The translations under genes and the position numbers were made by a program. Under the pieces are notes generated by a model. The model did no database searches. It was not told the DNA's origin and saw only the letters and a list, made by a program, of their open reading frames with translations. DNA of 64,000 nt, from positions 186,001 to 250,000 of the forward strand of contig NW_003314373.1 of the NCBI RefSeq assembly GCF_000143415.4, written 5' to 3'. This DNA is from Selaginella moellendorffii (lineage: Eukaryota > Plantae > Lycopodiophyta). Every line of letters starts with the position of its first letter. Within the stretch, counting starts at the first letter, position 1. Of this stretch, positions 37,162-50,649 are shown piece by piece.

Positions 37162-39183
37162 TCAGCGTACTCTCCACGAGCACACGGCATGCAGTACCGT
37201 CTCCTTCCATCCTATGAGCAGCCAGTTTCCATCCTGGCCAATCCCAAAGCTCTTGTGATATGTCCCGAGCATCGCTCTCGCCTTTGCATAAATGTCTGGA
37301 CGCAAAGGAAGCTGCTCGAATCCGGCTTTCACAGTCCTTGACTGCCACTGCTTGTACGTTTCCGCTCTTTCTACTCTTTCCTGGCCTTCGCACGCCACAA
37401 TGTTGAGGATCTCGCGTCCCAAAATGCTCTGCTCAATGAGAAGCCTTTCCGGATACTCAGGAGGGATTGCAGTGTCGATCGCATCGAAGAACGCTGCATA
37501 TAATGCGAGAGCTTCGCGGAACCGACTGATGAAAAATGGAGCGTTGTAGTTGGCATTCACCACCGCCTGTATAAAGACCTTCGGTTTCATGCTTCGTATC
37601 CTGGAGAGTACCAGCTTTCTTGGACTGTCCACCATCACCGACTCGTCTAGCAAGTGTCTCAGACGGAAATGCGAGCTCACGATCAACACCTCGTCGTGCC
37701 TGAGAAATAAGGTTGATGGCTGCACGCCCTCCCATTTGGTTGTTGCTATAGCGTGGAACTCGAAAGGAACTCCAACTTGCTTGGCGTATTCCGACAGCTT
37801 CCGCCCGCTTTCCTCAACTCTCTCCGCCGGCTTGAACCCAGGCTGAGGAAAATCTATTCCTGTTATACGCAAGTGCGGAGGACCACCTTCGCGCTCGGAG
37901 AAGGCCTTGATGAGGCAGGGCCACATGAACCCGTAGAGGATACCATAGTCGACAATGTGCACCCTGCCGGCCCCCACTGTAGCATCAAGAATAGTCTGGT
38001 TGCAGACGTAGTGCGATATCCTCACGTTCGGAGAGTAGCGAGTAAAGAGCCGATACGCTTTCAGCATCTCGTGAAACGCCGGCTTGTTGCTGGAGAGAGC
38101 ACTGTAGAGCAGCGTGCCAGTACCGGTTATACGTGCAACTAAAGCCTCGGCAAAGTAGAACACCATTCTCTCCGTGCCGCTTCCACGCGGCGAGGTTTTG
38201 TCCCTGATCCCGTTGACAATCCCGTAAGCCTTGGATACATCATCCGCAGCCACCGCCTGCGCACACTCGATGAGTTTGCCATGCAGCTCCTGTCGGATGG
38301 CCTTCTCGGTTTCAATGGCGTCGTTGTCAAGCACTGCAGGAGTCCTCACATGCCCAGCCACGAGCTGGTCGTGCGTCGCGAATAAATCCCCCGACCATGG
38401 ATCGTGGTCATGAACAGCATCCTTCCCTGGCGCATCTTTGAGAAACTCGGAGCACTCCCGGAGCAGCGACTGCAAGGACAGTGCATCCCGCTCCACAATA
38501 TTCACAGACTCTTCTTCCTCCACCACCTTCCGATGACCACCACCTTCATGGCCACCACCTTCGCCACCGGGCGTAGAGGCAGCCGTCAAAGCCTGAATCT
38601 CGTTCATCATCTTGTGCACGGTGTTCTCGTACTCTTCGTCGGACATGGTCCGACCCTCGACTCTCACATCCGAGTCGACCACTTCGTCGTTGTTCAAGAC
38701 ACCATGGATCCACGAATCGACTGCTCCCTTGTTTGTGTTCTCTGACTCCGAAGCACCCGACGAGGAAGAATCGGAGATGATCTGCGTGAGCTCGTTGGCC
38801 ATGGACTTATACCCGGAGCAATCGATAAACATGCACGTCCTCTCGTCTGTGTCCTCGTCCATGAGCATGTCGGAGATGTAGCTAAACACCGGGTCTTTGA
38901 GGGGATCGGCCTCAGACGACCCGGCCGGCTCCATGGGAGCTGGCTCCAAGTAGACACCATCGTCCATCCCCGAGCTCTGGAAATTTCCCATGGATCCATG
39001 AAAATCCGTCCCAGACACGCTCGGGAAAGCTCCAGTCGATCCATTGGCAAAGAAATCTCCAGCGGCTGGAATCTCTGCCGGCTTGCTCTGGCACATCTCC
39101 ATCGTTGGATCCGTGCCTGCCATGCCTGGTTCTGTTCTTGCAAATTCGACGAACTGGCTGAAATCCATCAGCAGCGCCTCCAT
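37162..39183 (-). CDS. GRAS transcription factor, LISCL/SCL14-like
   Basis: Intronless. YISDMLMDED, LIECAQAVA, VHIVDYGILYGFMWP, RITGIDFPQPGFKPAER, NIVACEG.ERVERAETYKQW, SCSW terminus. Confidence 0.95.
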   Translation of the reverse strand: MEALLMDFSQFVEFARTEPGMAGTDPTMEMCQSKPAEIPAAGDFFANGSTGAFPSVSGTDFHGSMGNFQSSGMDDGVYLEPAPMEPAGSSEADPLKDPVFSYISDMLMDEDTDERTCMFIDCSGYKSMANELTQIISDSSSSGASESENTNKGAVDSWIHGVLNNDEVVDSDVRVEGRTMSDEEYENTVHKMMNEIQALTAASTPGGEGGGHEGGGHRKVVEEEESVNIVERDALSLQSLLRECSEFLKDAPGKDAVHDHDPWSGDLFATHDQLVAGHVRTPAVLDNDAIETEKAIRQELHGKLIECAQAVAADDVSKAYGIVNGIRDKTSPRGSGTERMVFYFAEALVARITGTGTLLYSALSSNKPAFHEMLKAYRLFTRYSPNVRISHYVCNQTILDATVGAGRVHIVDYGILYGFMWPCLIKAFSEREGGPPHLRITGIDFPQPGFKPAERVEESGRKLSEYAKQVGVPFEFHAIATTKWEGVQPSTLFLRHDEVLIVSSHFRLRHLLDESVMVDSPRKLVLSRIRSMKPKVFIQAVVNANYNAPFFISRFREALALYAAFFDAIDTAIPPEYPERLLIEQSILGREILNIVACEGQERVERAETYKQWQSRTVKAGFEQLPLRPDIYAKARAMLGTYHKSFGIGQDGNWLLIGWKETVLHAVCSWRVR

Positions 39184-39551
39184 CTCCACCGATTTGTCGT
39201 CCCTGCTAGAGAATGCCGCCGATCCAGAGCACGGAACACCGATCTCCCGAAATATTTCGCGACGCAGCGATGATCCAGTGGCAAGAACCGAATCCCTGGC
39301 GTGTTTCTAGCGGCGAAGCCACCCCGTGCCTACCTCGACGCTGTCCGCCATAGCTCCATCGAGTCAAAAGCCCTCACCTCTTACATAGGGTTTTCCTTCT
39401 TACGCGGCAAGAGCCCACAACAGCATGACTAGCGTACGGAACGAAAGATCTTCTTTCTGGTAAAACTTACATATATTATCCTCTTTTCACCCCCGTACGG
39501 AACTCGAGTTACAAAGAGTACTTGGGTGGAACTTTTCCTTGAGATTTTTGT

Positions 39552-41155
39552 CTAGTTTACACTTACTGGAGATGCTGATGAGAGGAACTCGTCACTGTGA
39601 CAGGAGCCACTACAAGAGACTCTCACTTGCGGGACGCATTTCTCGCCGGATGGATCATCGTCGTCGTCGCAAGCAGCTTCTCCGCCATCGTGAGCCTCGG
39701 ATTCCGGATTGTAATCGTCGGCGGCTAAATCCGGAGGGAGCTCTTCTCCATCAGTAGCTCCAGCGTTCTCGTCGGTCGCGTAGAGAATTTTCTGGATTGC
39801 TGGAATGATCTGCTTGATCCAAGGAAGGAGCTTAGCTTCGGTGTGAGATTTGTATCAGCTTACCTCGGGACCTTCCACATCTGAGCTCTGGCACAGGATC
39901 TCGATGTCTCGGAGCTTGGCGAAGTAAAAGTCCCGTTCCTTCTCCAAGCTATCCACCGAGAGCCTCAAATCCGCAACCTGCTCGTTAGAAGATGAACCTT
40001 TAGAATAAAAACACTTGCAAAAGTTTTGTCAATACCTGTTCGTTGAGAGCCTTGATTTGAGCTGAGCCTGGAACCATGATTCCTGAACCAGCTCCTGGTC
40101 TAGCAGATTTGCTAACTGCAGAAAAGATCCAGTGCTAGGTTTAGGAAACGAAGGCAAAAAAAAAAATGAAGTAGGCAGTACCATATCCACCTGAATTACG
40201 AACAGCTGTTGCTGCACTGCAAGGTCTCGAACTCGATGGTTTGTAGCCAACCTTCTTCCCCGCACCAACACCGCCTTTAGAAGTTTCTCTTCTTTCCACG
40301 GGATTGTAGCTGAAATCATCATCCAGTGAGAAAGGCTATACAGAGCTTTCTAGCAGACTGACTTTGGAGACGAAGAAACAGAGTCGCAGTATCTCTTGAT
40401 CCATTGCATAAACTCCAGGTTGTCTAATGGCCGGCCTTTGACAAGCTTGTTCACTTCAATATGCTGCAGCACGACGCAACGTGAGACGGAGACCCACCGC
40501 TAAAGTATAGTATAGAAAAAACGCACCTTGTTAATGTTAAGCTTGTTAAAGACCTCCTGAAGTACTTTGTAGTTCTGGATCATCTCATACTCGGTCTTTG
40601 CATCAAAATTCACCTGCAAAATGTTTTCTTTTAGTGTACAAAACAAAAGAAAAACCACGACTAAGACCTTGTGCATCGGAACAACACCAGGATGGACAGA
40701 ATCTATCAGTTGACAGTGGACAGCACCAGAGGCCGCCTGCAAAGAAGGAGAAAAGCGAGGGTAAGTTTCTTATTCGCTAGAGAGCAATGAGAGAAGCTCT
40801 AAGATGCACGAAGAACAAATCGCAAACAAAACGATGTGAGGTACCCTTAAGTCCCGTCTTAGAGCATAGATCTGATGGCGGGAGAGTGTTCCTCTGGAAT
40901 GGAATGAAATGTAGATGAGAAACAAGAGAAAAATACGCACACCACACCAGAGAATGGAAGAATGGGGCCTCCCTGGAAGCAGCATTGTCACGGGAAGCTA
41001 GAAATCCGCAAGAAGAACGCAAGAATGCGGCAGTGAGGCCATACCTCCTCAACCCTGGAGAGATTGAGCTGCAGCACCGAATTCACCCACGCCAGGAGCT
41101 CGTTGCGCCCCACGAAATAGGCGCTGTCCATCATCCCGATGTTGGCAGCAGCCAT
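39552..41155 (-). CDS. EB1: Microtubule end-binding protein EB1, multi-exon
   Basis: [86 protein letters not shown], acidic tail, TAG 39552-39554. Confidence 0.93.
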
Positions 41156-41821
41156 TCCGCCACTCCGGATCTATCCAATGCTGCGCAAACCCTACTCGCG
41201 CAAAGAAGTTCTCAGATGCCCTAGAAAACTTTCCTATTGTCATTCTCAAAAGTAAACTGTTCTAAAGGATAATTTCCAACTTTAATGATCGACGTTTTGG
41301 GTTTAAGATATGTTTATCAGCTATAAACACAAGTTTAACCTGGAGCCGTTGGATGTTGGCATATACCAGAATATTTTAGCATGTTCAAATCTACACCATT
41401 CCCGCGCGACTGGCGAAGTTGGCCTCTGTACACAACACAAAAAACACATGAGAAAGCAGAGCCATGGCCACACTGCAAGAGAGCAAAAGAAAAAGAAAAG
41501 AATAAAAAAAAGCTGGCATTGCAATGCTGAGGTACTGAACTGCTGCTGCATTGCCATTGGGCTGCTTGTTGCTTGCTGCCTGCCAGCAAAAGTTAAAGCG
41601 GCTGAGGATCGCAGAGCTCCCCCATATTTCCCACAACAAAACATGGGGAAAAACGGAGAACAAAAGCAAGAACACGGATCAAACAAAAAGAAAAAGAAAA
41701 AGATTTCGATACCTGGTTGTCACCTTGTCAAAGAGACTTGGATTTGCAAATCCTTGAGAAGATCTTTCGGATTGTTTCAGTGCGTGTCATCCCCCTCGGC
41801 CAACCTTTGAGAGAGAAAGAG

Positions 41822-41920
41822 AGAAGCTCTGCATGGCTCCCCGCACGCCAGCTAGGAATCCTGCCGAAACACTTCGGTGGGCTTCTCAGGTGGCATACAG
41901 GGAGCCAGGCAGGGATTGTT
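41822..41920 (-). ncRNA. MIR160: MIR160 precursor hairpin (mature miR160 41911-41891; star arm 41850-41830)
   Basis: Minus strand contains the canonical UGCCUGGCUCCCUGUAUGCCA, which pairs with downstream UGGCGUGCGGGGAGCCAUGCA (one mismatch, G:U pairs) across a ~40-nt loop region. Confidence 0.95.
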
Positions 41921-44900
41921 TGTTGCTTTCGCCACTCCGATCGAAGCCATGGATCATTCCGTGGACACACATTTCCCGCTGCTTGCATTGCTTGTCCGTC
42001 GGCAAGCTCTCCACAAACGTAACGCGTCCGTGTGTTTCAGCTGGCCGGTTCACTGGACAAACTCCGGGAAATCAGAAAAAGAAAAGCAAAAAACGTTCCC
42101 AAGTCAGTACGTCGCTTGCAGCAATGCAAGATTGATCAAACATTAGCCATGATCTGGACCTGGATTTCCTCGCAAAGTGATGATGGATTCCCGAACAAAG
42201 CTGGACGCAAGACCTGAATCAAGGCACACACACAAGAGGGTCATAAAATACCAAGTGAACCAAGTGGGCTACTGACACTGTCCACAGAGCTCCCTCTGGA
42301 AAGAGAAAAATTATTTATATGTGCATACAAACACTTGTATATATCGGGGAATTTTTTAAAAGCCCCCCAAACTCCAGAGTGCGCACCACAAGAGACAAGT
42401 CTTGGGGAGCGTAAGAATCAAATCTTCCCGGACTAGACAGACGCGGGATTGATTAAAACACCAGCCCAAGCAAGCAAGGCAGCAGCACAGAGAGAAGAGA
42501 GACGAGAGACGCTGAGAGACGAGAGACGGGAGAGAGAAAAAAAAAGGAAAACAACGTAGCCAGGAAGTAATCAAAGATTTCCCTGACACTGCGGCTGCTA
42601 AATCGTGAGGTGAGAGTGGTGCTAATCCCCACAGCGCTCTCGCTCAGGACTCAAACACTCATGGAAGCGCACGACCAAATCAAAACAAAAGACTAACCTC
42701 CCTTGTAGCAATCAGTCACGAGATCTCCAACACAAAAGAATGGAAGAACCACAAAAGCTTCAAGAGAATGAAGAAGAAAAGAATGGAGAGAAATGCAAGA
42801 GCCCAACCCACATTGTCACACTCTTACCTTTCAAATCATTCAGTAGTGAGAAGCGTTCGTTGGAAGTGATCGCGCAGCGGACGAGCGGAGATCTAAAACA
42901 ACTCAGCCGTCCTCATCAAAGGATCTAAAAACATGACAAGAATGTAAGTTTTTCTTTCTTCCCGTGTGAGAAGAGCCAAATAAAAAGGAAAAAAAAAACC
43001 TGTATTTTGTTGTTGTGCTTCGATTCCGTTGTTCATATCGTTCTCTTTTTTACTTTTTTCCTTTTGCTTTCGTTAAGAATAGGAGAGCGAGCGAGCTGAT
43101 CAAGTGATGCATTTAAGAAGAGTTCCAGTCCTCTCGGAGATGGATCATCATCAATGGAAAAGCTGAACGCTGCGGTTGTTGGCTGCGGTTGCTGGCTGTG
43201 TGTGTCGATCTCATCGCAGCTCCTGACTTGACCTTGCATCTACCAATCAATGAATTGCCTTGACTTTCCCCGACTGAAGGAATTCAGACATCCAGATCCA
43301 ATCGTCCTTGATGGCGAGTAAGTTTTTTGCCAGGATGGTATGATGAAGAAACTGCAACGCCCAAAGAGTGTGTATGTGTGTAGTGACTGTGAAAGTTTAA
43401 AGAATTAGATGCCACACTTGTGAGCACTCACACACAAGAACGCAGCACACATGTAAGCCTGCTGTTACAAAACGAGCAAATCAAGCATGATCGAGACGAA
43501 GAACAGAAGAAATGTTCCAAGCAAGCAAGCGCAGTACACGCTTGGAAACAAAGAGTCCGGAGCAAGCAATGCAAAGCCATGGAAAACGACGGGCAGATCT
43601 CGCATGAATTTCTCTCAAGAGAGAATTGGAAAGAAAAGCATGGGAGAGAAGGAAAAAAGTGAGGCGCGCCATAGCTCATTCAAGCTGCGCTGGTGTAATA
43701 ATGAAAGAGTGTCACAGACAAGGACACTACACGAGGACCAGAAGACCACTTCCATGGCTGCCGCGCTGACACGATTTATCTCAAACGAGTGAGAAGGAGG
43801 AGATTAAGCTTGATTGATTGATCGATCGATCGATCGATCGACGACTCTCTCTTCTACTGGGATTGCACGGCGAGATCACAGGCACGGACAGCACTAGACC
43901 GCACTAAGCTTTTCCAGAATTCGACAAGGCAGCCATCAAAATCGAGTCCCAAAGAGGGAATCTTTGACGCCGATGCACGCTGAGTAGATTCCTCCCCCAG
44001 CAGCCCCAGCGCACAATCATGCACGAAAAGAGAAAGAGGGGGAGAGAGAGACGGGGAGGAAAGCAAAAGAACAGCACGCACGCCATAGCATTGCTTGCAG
44101 CCGCACCAGATCACACCAAAGAAAATCTGTGAGAAATTTGCGGAATCTAGGCGGCGATTGTCGCGGCGATTCGTCCGGCGGATCGCGCATTCTTGGAGAA
44201 GGCGGCAGCGATGGGTCGATCACACAAAACCCTAGCGAGCGAGAGAGAAAGAGAGAGGAGAGCTAGAGCTCTTGCGAAGAGGAAGGAGCAAGGAGCGTCC
44301 GTGAATGGCGGGCCACATTAAAACAAGGGCCCCTCGCCCAGTATTTATGAAGCCTCTTCAAGCGGGAAAAGGGAACGCACACAACGCCGCTACGCACACA
44401 CACAGTCACAAAGCACTCTTTGGATGTTGGGAATATTCCGGACCGGGAAAACGTATTCCGTCCCCGCCGCCCCGGCCGGCGGATGTCGCGGTCAGTTACG
44501 CAAGAAGAGGACAACTTCCCGGCCGGCGTACGGAGGGGTCAAAGTGAGAAATGTGCCCCTGCCACATGGCAGGAAAGCCTGGCGCGTCAGCTAAGCCCTA
44601 ACCCTAACCGCCACCTATATGTACATACGTATGGCTGGGCGTCTATTACGTACTGCGCGACTGGATGTTACTGCCCTCACGTGAAACGCCCAATCTCTTC
44701 TTCCACGGCTATGCGGGTGAAAGAAAACTTTCACCTAGCAGCTAGCGTAGCTGGGCGCGTATATACGCGTCAGGCTTGTCCACGGCGGGATCCAGCATGG
44801 CAGTGGGCATTGGCAGTGGCGGCCTGCCTGTATGTCACCCGGATGGGTGGCCTGTCCATGTACCTACCGGAAAACACGGAGTTATTTTACCAGGTGAAAA

Positions 44901-45859
44901 AAAATCAACGCACCGTCAAACGGGAGGATGATTTGATCAATCAATCCACCAAATTGGAACATTTGCGAGGCGCGATGAAGTCATCATCCTCAAACCATAC
45001 GAATACCAAAATATATCATAGACTTGTTATAGACGCTGATTGATCTAGGAGGTGATCATTCGGTGCGTCCTCGAATTCCGCAATGTAAGAGATGCTCTGT
45101 CGGGGCATTTGTTTATGATTGGCGTTGCTTGGGCATTTGGGCAAATACAACACACCCTCGATTCAAGGCAAAGGAAACGGATATCCGCCTTTTGCCCATT
45201 GCAAGCAACGAATCTCCCAGTGAAAATCGCTGGATCTCGAGGAGAATTTCCAGACGGGCTGTGTCCCTGCCGCGTTCCAAATACCACTACACGCTTGGCG
45301 GATGCCACCCCAATTTGCCACACACGGGGATTTTCCATGCTACGTACACACTCTAACATATCATGTCACAAGAAACAGTTGATCTGGGAGGGAATAAAAA
45401 ACGCTGGACGGCGGGAATATGCCCCTGCAATTTGTTTGACTGGGACACAAACATACAGCCCAGCACAGCCAGAGCAGTACGGTACTGCGCGAGACTGAGC
45501 GCGCTACTCGGCAAAGCTGTGATTTTTCTAGCGATTTGGACGGACAGACAACACACAAGACAACACAAAAGTGCGTTCTCATGGATATGTGTATTCATGA
45601 ATTCGAATGAATGGCTTTTTCACTCTCTTTCTTTATATGTTTGTGTTTCTGTGGCTCTCCTTGATGTGATGTATTCCATGGCGGAGCTAGGAGCACTCCA
45701 AGTACCGATTTGTCTCCTCTAGGAGCCATGGACACCAAATGTTATATCCAGCAGAGCTCCAAACAAATGAGGAGTTGCTATCAGAGAAGGAGTTTTCTGA
45801 GACACTTCATTACAAAGTTTTCATGGGTTGCTTTGTTTGTACATACCATGTGATGGAAA

Positions 45860-48400
45860 ATGGAACAACGCTCTGATCGCAGGACACAAGAGACAATATA
45901 CTTAGGGCCCATTCTGTTCATTCAAGGAGGGGGCGACGACGGAGACATCAAAGCGGTACAAGAATCTGGAGGTGGTAATACGGCTGAGATGATGCTGTCA
46001 TCTTCTCTAGATTCAGCCGGTTACAAACGAGCAACGGCGAGCTCTTCTTGAAGGTGGACGTGGGAAACACTACAGTCGACACGACTAGAAACAAAGCTGC
46101 GGACTCACTCCCAACTTTTCCTTTCTGCAAAGTGACAAGCTCATTCCGGTTGGATTGATCGATGGCAGGCGCGTAGACAATGGCATGCCCTAAGCCCACA
46201 CTGGAAAGGTGGTGGACCGGATCCTTTGTTGACTTGTAAGATGTCCTCTCGTGATAGAGCCATGTTATGTTAGAAAAGAACAATGTCCATCACGGGCTGA
46301 CAAAAGTAAGTTGCGTGCCAAATCCAAATATTCCGCATGGATGATTGATCATCCTCTCCCCACTAAAATCTTCGTCACTTTGTGTCAATCTCCAGGGTCT
46401 TCCAATCTCGCAAGGACGGGACTGATTGGGATCCAAATGACGAAGTTCAATCAGCTGAATGATTATTTTTCTACTGGACTAGACAAAGGAGGGATCCAAG
46501 TTACGGGGTTCTTCAAAGTTCTGGAAGGCGACGAGCTATATGACGTCCATTTGATCACGACAGCAAAAGAAAGAGGGGAAAAGCGCCCAAATGGAGGTCC
46601 ATTTACGCCCTTCTTAGTTGACCCTACACAAAATCCAAGCAAACGATTAGGCGATGCACCCTCTTGATGTTGTTGCTTTGCTCTTGTCTCTCTGGGGGAT
46701 CTATCATTATTCGAGCCGAAATCTTTTGCGCAATTTGGAGTGGTGGCTTTGGTTTCGGAAAAAGATTGAGGGGTGCAAGGGGGACAAACCATTTGGAACA
46801 AGCGCCAGATAGATGCCGGATTTGAAATTCCAAAGATTCTCCCCACAAGCCCTAAAACAGGGGAAGATTCCAGCGTAATCATTTTTTCATGGATCGTGGT
46901 CGGTTGGCTCACATTTTAATCTCTGGCTGGCTTGTAGTTCATCCTTGTTGGAATGACATGGTGTTTTGTGTCTCATCACTAGGGAATCTTTCTCGTTGAA
47001 TGCACTGCCATGTTGGCGAATCATGTGTTCATCACTAGCACTTCGATCTCTATCTACAGACGCTTTCCTAAATTTCTTAAGAAGAAAAGAAAAGTCATAT
47101 CTAGTATATTTTATTTTTTATGCTGTTTCAATGGCTTAGAGTTTTTGTTTTAACTTTAATCGTTGTGATTTAATCTTCCGTTCCTGTGAATACCAAGGCG
47201 CCTCAAAGAACTATAAGGTCTCGGTCTCTTGTGCCATTGGCGGGTCAAGCTCGTCAAGAACCGAGAGGCTCTCGGTACCAGCCGTCTAGAGCTGCATCTT
47301 GCACTCCCATGCGACGGTCTAGTCCCCGAGCGCGCGATCGCTCTCTCTTTCGGAGCTTGCGGGTTCGCAAGGTTTATACCATGGTATAGAACTAGGCGAC
47401 CAATGTCTCTGCAGTTTAGTTGCATCCTCCCCGGCGCTGGAAACACTGAAAGTCACGGAATTTGGAGATGTCTCACATTATACGCTTGTGATGCTGTCGT
47501 GCAGATCCCAGGTGACCCAGGGCGAGGTTTTCGGGTAGCAAGAGACAAGAGGCGCGAGAGACTGGAGGAATTACGATTTCCTGAGCTGGAAGTCAGCCAC
47601 AAGTTTTGTCTCAGCTCTCCATCTTGAGAGATCTGCATTTTCATGCATTAGTAAGTTCGTTTTGCATAACTGTGTGCTTTCGCAGCAGGGCTTATCCGAT
47701 CACATGGACAGCAGATTTGATGCGCACTGTACAAGATATTGCTCGGTTTATCGGAGTCTTAACTACAAGGTGATGGTCGAGACAGAGTTCATACAGCCAC
47801 TACGAGAGGTGACATGTGTTGTTCGACTTGATGCTGTCCTATCCTGATGGCATCTGGTATATGCTAGTGATTTCTTGCTTTGTTTTCTGTTTTCTGTTGT
47901 ATATCTGCAATAAAAAATATATTAATACGAAGCCATGACTGGAGCTAAACTCGAGCTTAGATCTATTCTTCCTAGTTTAGCTTGATGAACTTTTGGAAGA
48001 TTGTGGGGAATGTTTGCTCGAAAGCGAGTTAAAGCCAGAATGATGGCTTTTTCTATTCTGCACCTCCAGAGACAAGCCCGGATCACGAACTTTGGTTGTT
48101 CTATCAGAACCTAGCAACACTCTCAACGTTGTCTACTGTCGAGGCCTCATTAGGCACCTGTACGCAGGCTTCACTGCTAAAGCCTCGAATGTATCAAAGC
48201 TTTTCGAGCTAGCTACGACTTGTTGCATGCATATCCCTCTATGGAGGGAGTTTGCCCATTGACTTCTAAGAATTGATTCGAGGTACTTCGACTCAAGTTC
48301 TGGCCAGAGTCCATCGCATTCTCGAAAAAGACAAAGAAGTTCTATCTATCTTCGACGTGTAAGGTAGAGAAAGGTAGTCGCTTGAGTTTACTTCGTTTAT
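45860..48400 (+). pseudogene. Unassigned degenerate coding-like remnants
   Basis: Short open stretches bounded by GT/AG-like sites and interrupted by stops (e.g. 46251-46917, 47500-47810, 48070-48270). No family recognised. Confidence 0.25.
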
Positions 48401-49257
48401 ATTTTCCGAGTGACTTGGAACACATTTTACCCAATTATTCTGTCACTTACGTTTCCCCGAATGTAACGTGACGACAGTGCATTCTGCAGGATTCCCAGGC
48501 TTGTATAGGAGCTTTTATAGTCCAGCAAAGGGAGAGAGAGAGAGGCATGACTTTCATATCCTGTTACCCAACCAAGCCGACTGTGAGTTTTAGGGGAACA
48601 CACTCCCAACATTGTGGTCCATAGCTCCTATACCGATCTAAGGCATATAATATAATAGTTATAGAAAAATGAGATTAACCACATTCATTAAGAAATTAGA
48701 TAAATTTTAGATAAAAAAGAATATCCTATAATATAATTTTTTAAAAGCTTTGCTTAATAGTATTGGATCTTTAAAATATTCTTTGATCAATTAATCTAGT
48801 AAACAATTATTATATGAAAGGTGTAAAAAAACTCTTGACATGAATAAATATTTTGACAAAATAAAAGATAATAACATATTGTTTCATAAAGTAATGATGA
48901 TTTTGTATGGTTATCTCTCATATATTATGATGATAGAATTTAAGATAACCATATCTATTTTATAGGAGAATAGACTTTTATATAATGCACATAAGTACAA
49001 TTGCCTTTATAGCAAAAGTTTTGGATTAAGTTTTGGTGGCCAAAAATATTATATAATTCTTATCAAAAATTATTTTGATTATTTATCCAAGAGTTATATG
49101 TATGAAGAGTGCTCTTTAAAGATCATATTGTAATCATGAGATAAAATACAATTATTTATCTTACTATTACATTTGTTGAAATAAATTGAAACCTTAAAGC
49201 TACTTATATATCTAAAGTATGTGTTTCTCAATTTATGGTGAGAATGAACTTTTGATA

Positions 49258-49722
49258 AACTAGATTTATGTGACAATCCTTTTTGAAATTTACTCATAGA
49301 TGGTAAACATGGTTTATATTAGTGATAACTAAAGAATATTTATGTTAAAAGAAAAATTTAAAAAGAGTAGGTATATTTCTTACTTTATAGGTTTTATAAA
49401 GGAAACTAAAAATTATATAAAAGTTAGTCACAAAATATATTTAATTTAAATGAATCTAGATATCCAATATAAAATAGTAATATTATTCTACAACTAGATT
49501 CATATGACAATCCTTTTGAAATTTACTCATGGATGGTAAACATGGTTTATATAATAATTACTAAAGAATATTTATGTTAACAGAAAAATTTAAAAGGAGT
49601 AAGTATATTTGTTACTTTATAAGTTTTCTAAAGCAAACTAAAAATTATATAAGAGTTAGTTACAAAACTAAATTTAATTTATAAATATTTAGATATCTAA
49701 TATAAATTAGTAGTATTATTCT
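49258..49722. repeat. Diverged ~235-bp tandem duplication inside a very AT-rich block (48630-49800)
   Basis: AACTAGATT.AT.TGACAATCCTTTT(T)GAAATTTACTCAT.GATGGTAAACATGGTTTATAT... occurs at ~49258 and ~49492, and the two units are colinear to their ends. Confidence 0.85.
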
Positions 49723-50649
49723 TTAATAAAGAATCCTCATAGAATCTAAAAAAAAATCACTTTCATAAATATGCATATAAAAAATATTTATAAAAATGGT
49801 AGCTTAAGTACTGTGAGGTCCAAGTGTACAACTACGATGCTATATACTAATATTAACGTAGTAGGATTTTGGTAACTGTTGGATTGATTTTAATCCGGAC
49901 CACTCACTTTTGTATATAAGCTAGAGTTTTTGCGCTAATTGATATACACATTGCCTTTTCCATATTCCAAGCACTCACATTGGTAGAAGTGAGAGGCACC
50001 TTTCATTGTCCCTGAGGAGTGCTTGGATTTGGGATTTTAATTTAGATTTAGCTTTTTCCATTTCCATTTTTTGATTTTTCCTTTCAGATATTTAGTTTTT
50101 CTATTGTTTAAATCTCCCTTTCCTCCTAATGTTTTCTCATTTTCCTTCTTTTGCTTTTTTTCCTTTCTATTCATCTTCATGGCAAAGTAGTAGTCTTTGT
50201 GAGACACAAAATCCCTAGGCCCCAAAGTGGAGCCGGAAAGGGTGCCACATGGTAGTGGCCGAAGCGAAAGCCAAACGAGCGTAACACGTTTGGACTAAAA
50301 ACTCCGACTTGGAAGGTCAAGTGGGAGTGGAACTCCCAACAAAGTGCTTGAGGAGCGAGCACGAGGCAACCAACAAGCAAGGCTCCAAAAAAGGACCCAA
50401 AAAGGACCAACACATGACACGTGGAAATGTCTGAGATGGAGTCCGAGATGGACCCGAAATGGAATCCGAGACGGAGTCCAAGATGGACCTGAAGTGGAGT
50501 CCGAAATGGAGTCTGAGATGGACCCGAGATGGACCCAAGATAGAGTCCGAGATGGAGTGTAAGGAACCAACTCGCCGAGGTGTCGTAGGCTAAGGGAACC
50601 CCGAAAGCATGACCAAAATGACAAAGAGTTCATCGGATGGGACCAAGTC

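Noticed and set aside
37162-39183. miR171 target site in the GRAS gene
   Set aside because: Not seen; the protein is LISCL-type rather than HAM/SCL6-type.
48462-48570. Possible small solo LTR (TGTAAC...GTTACC)
   Set aside because: Imperfect terminus and no TSD.
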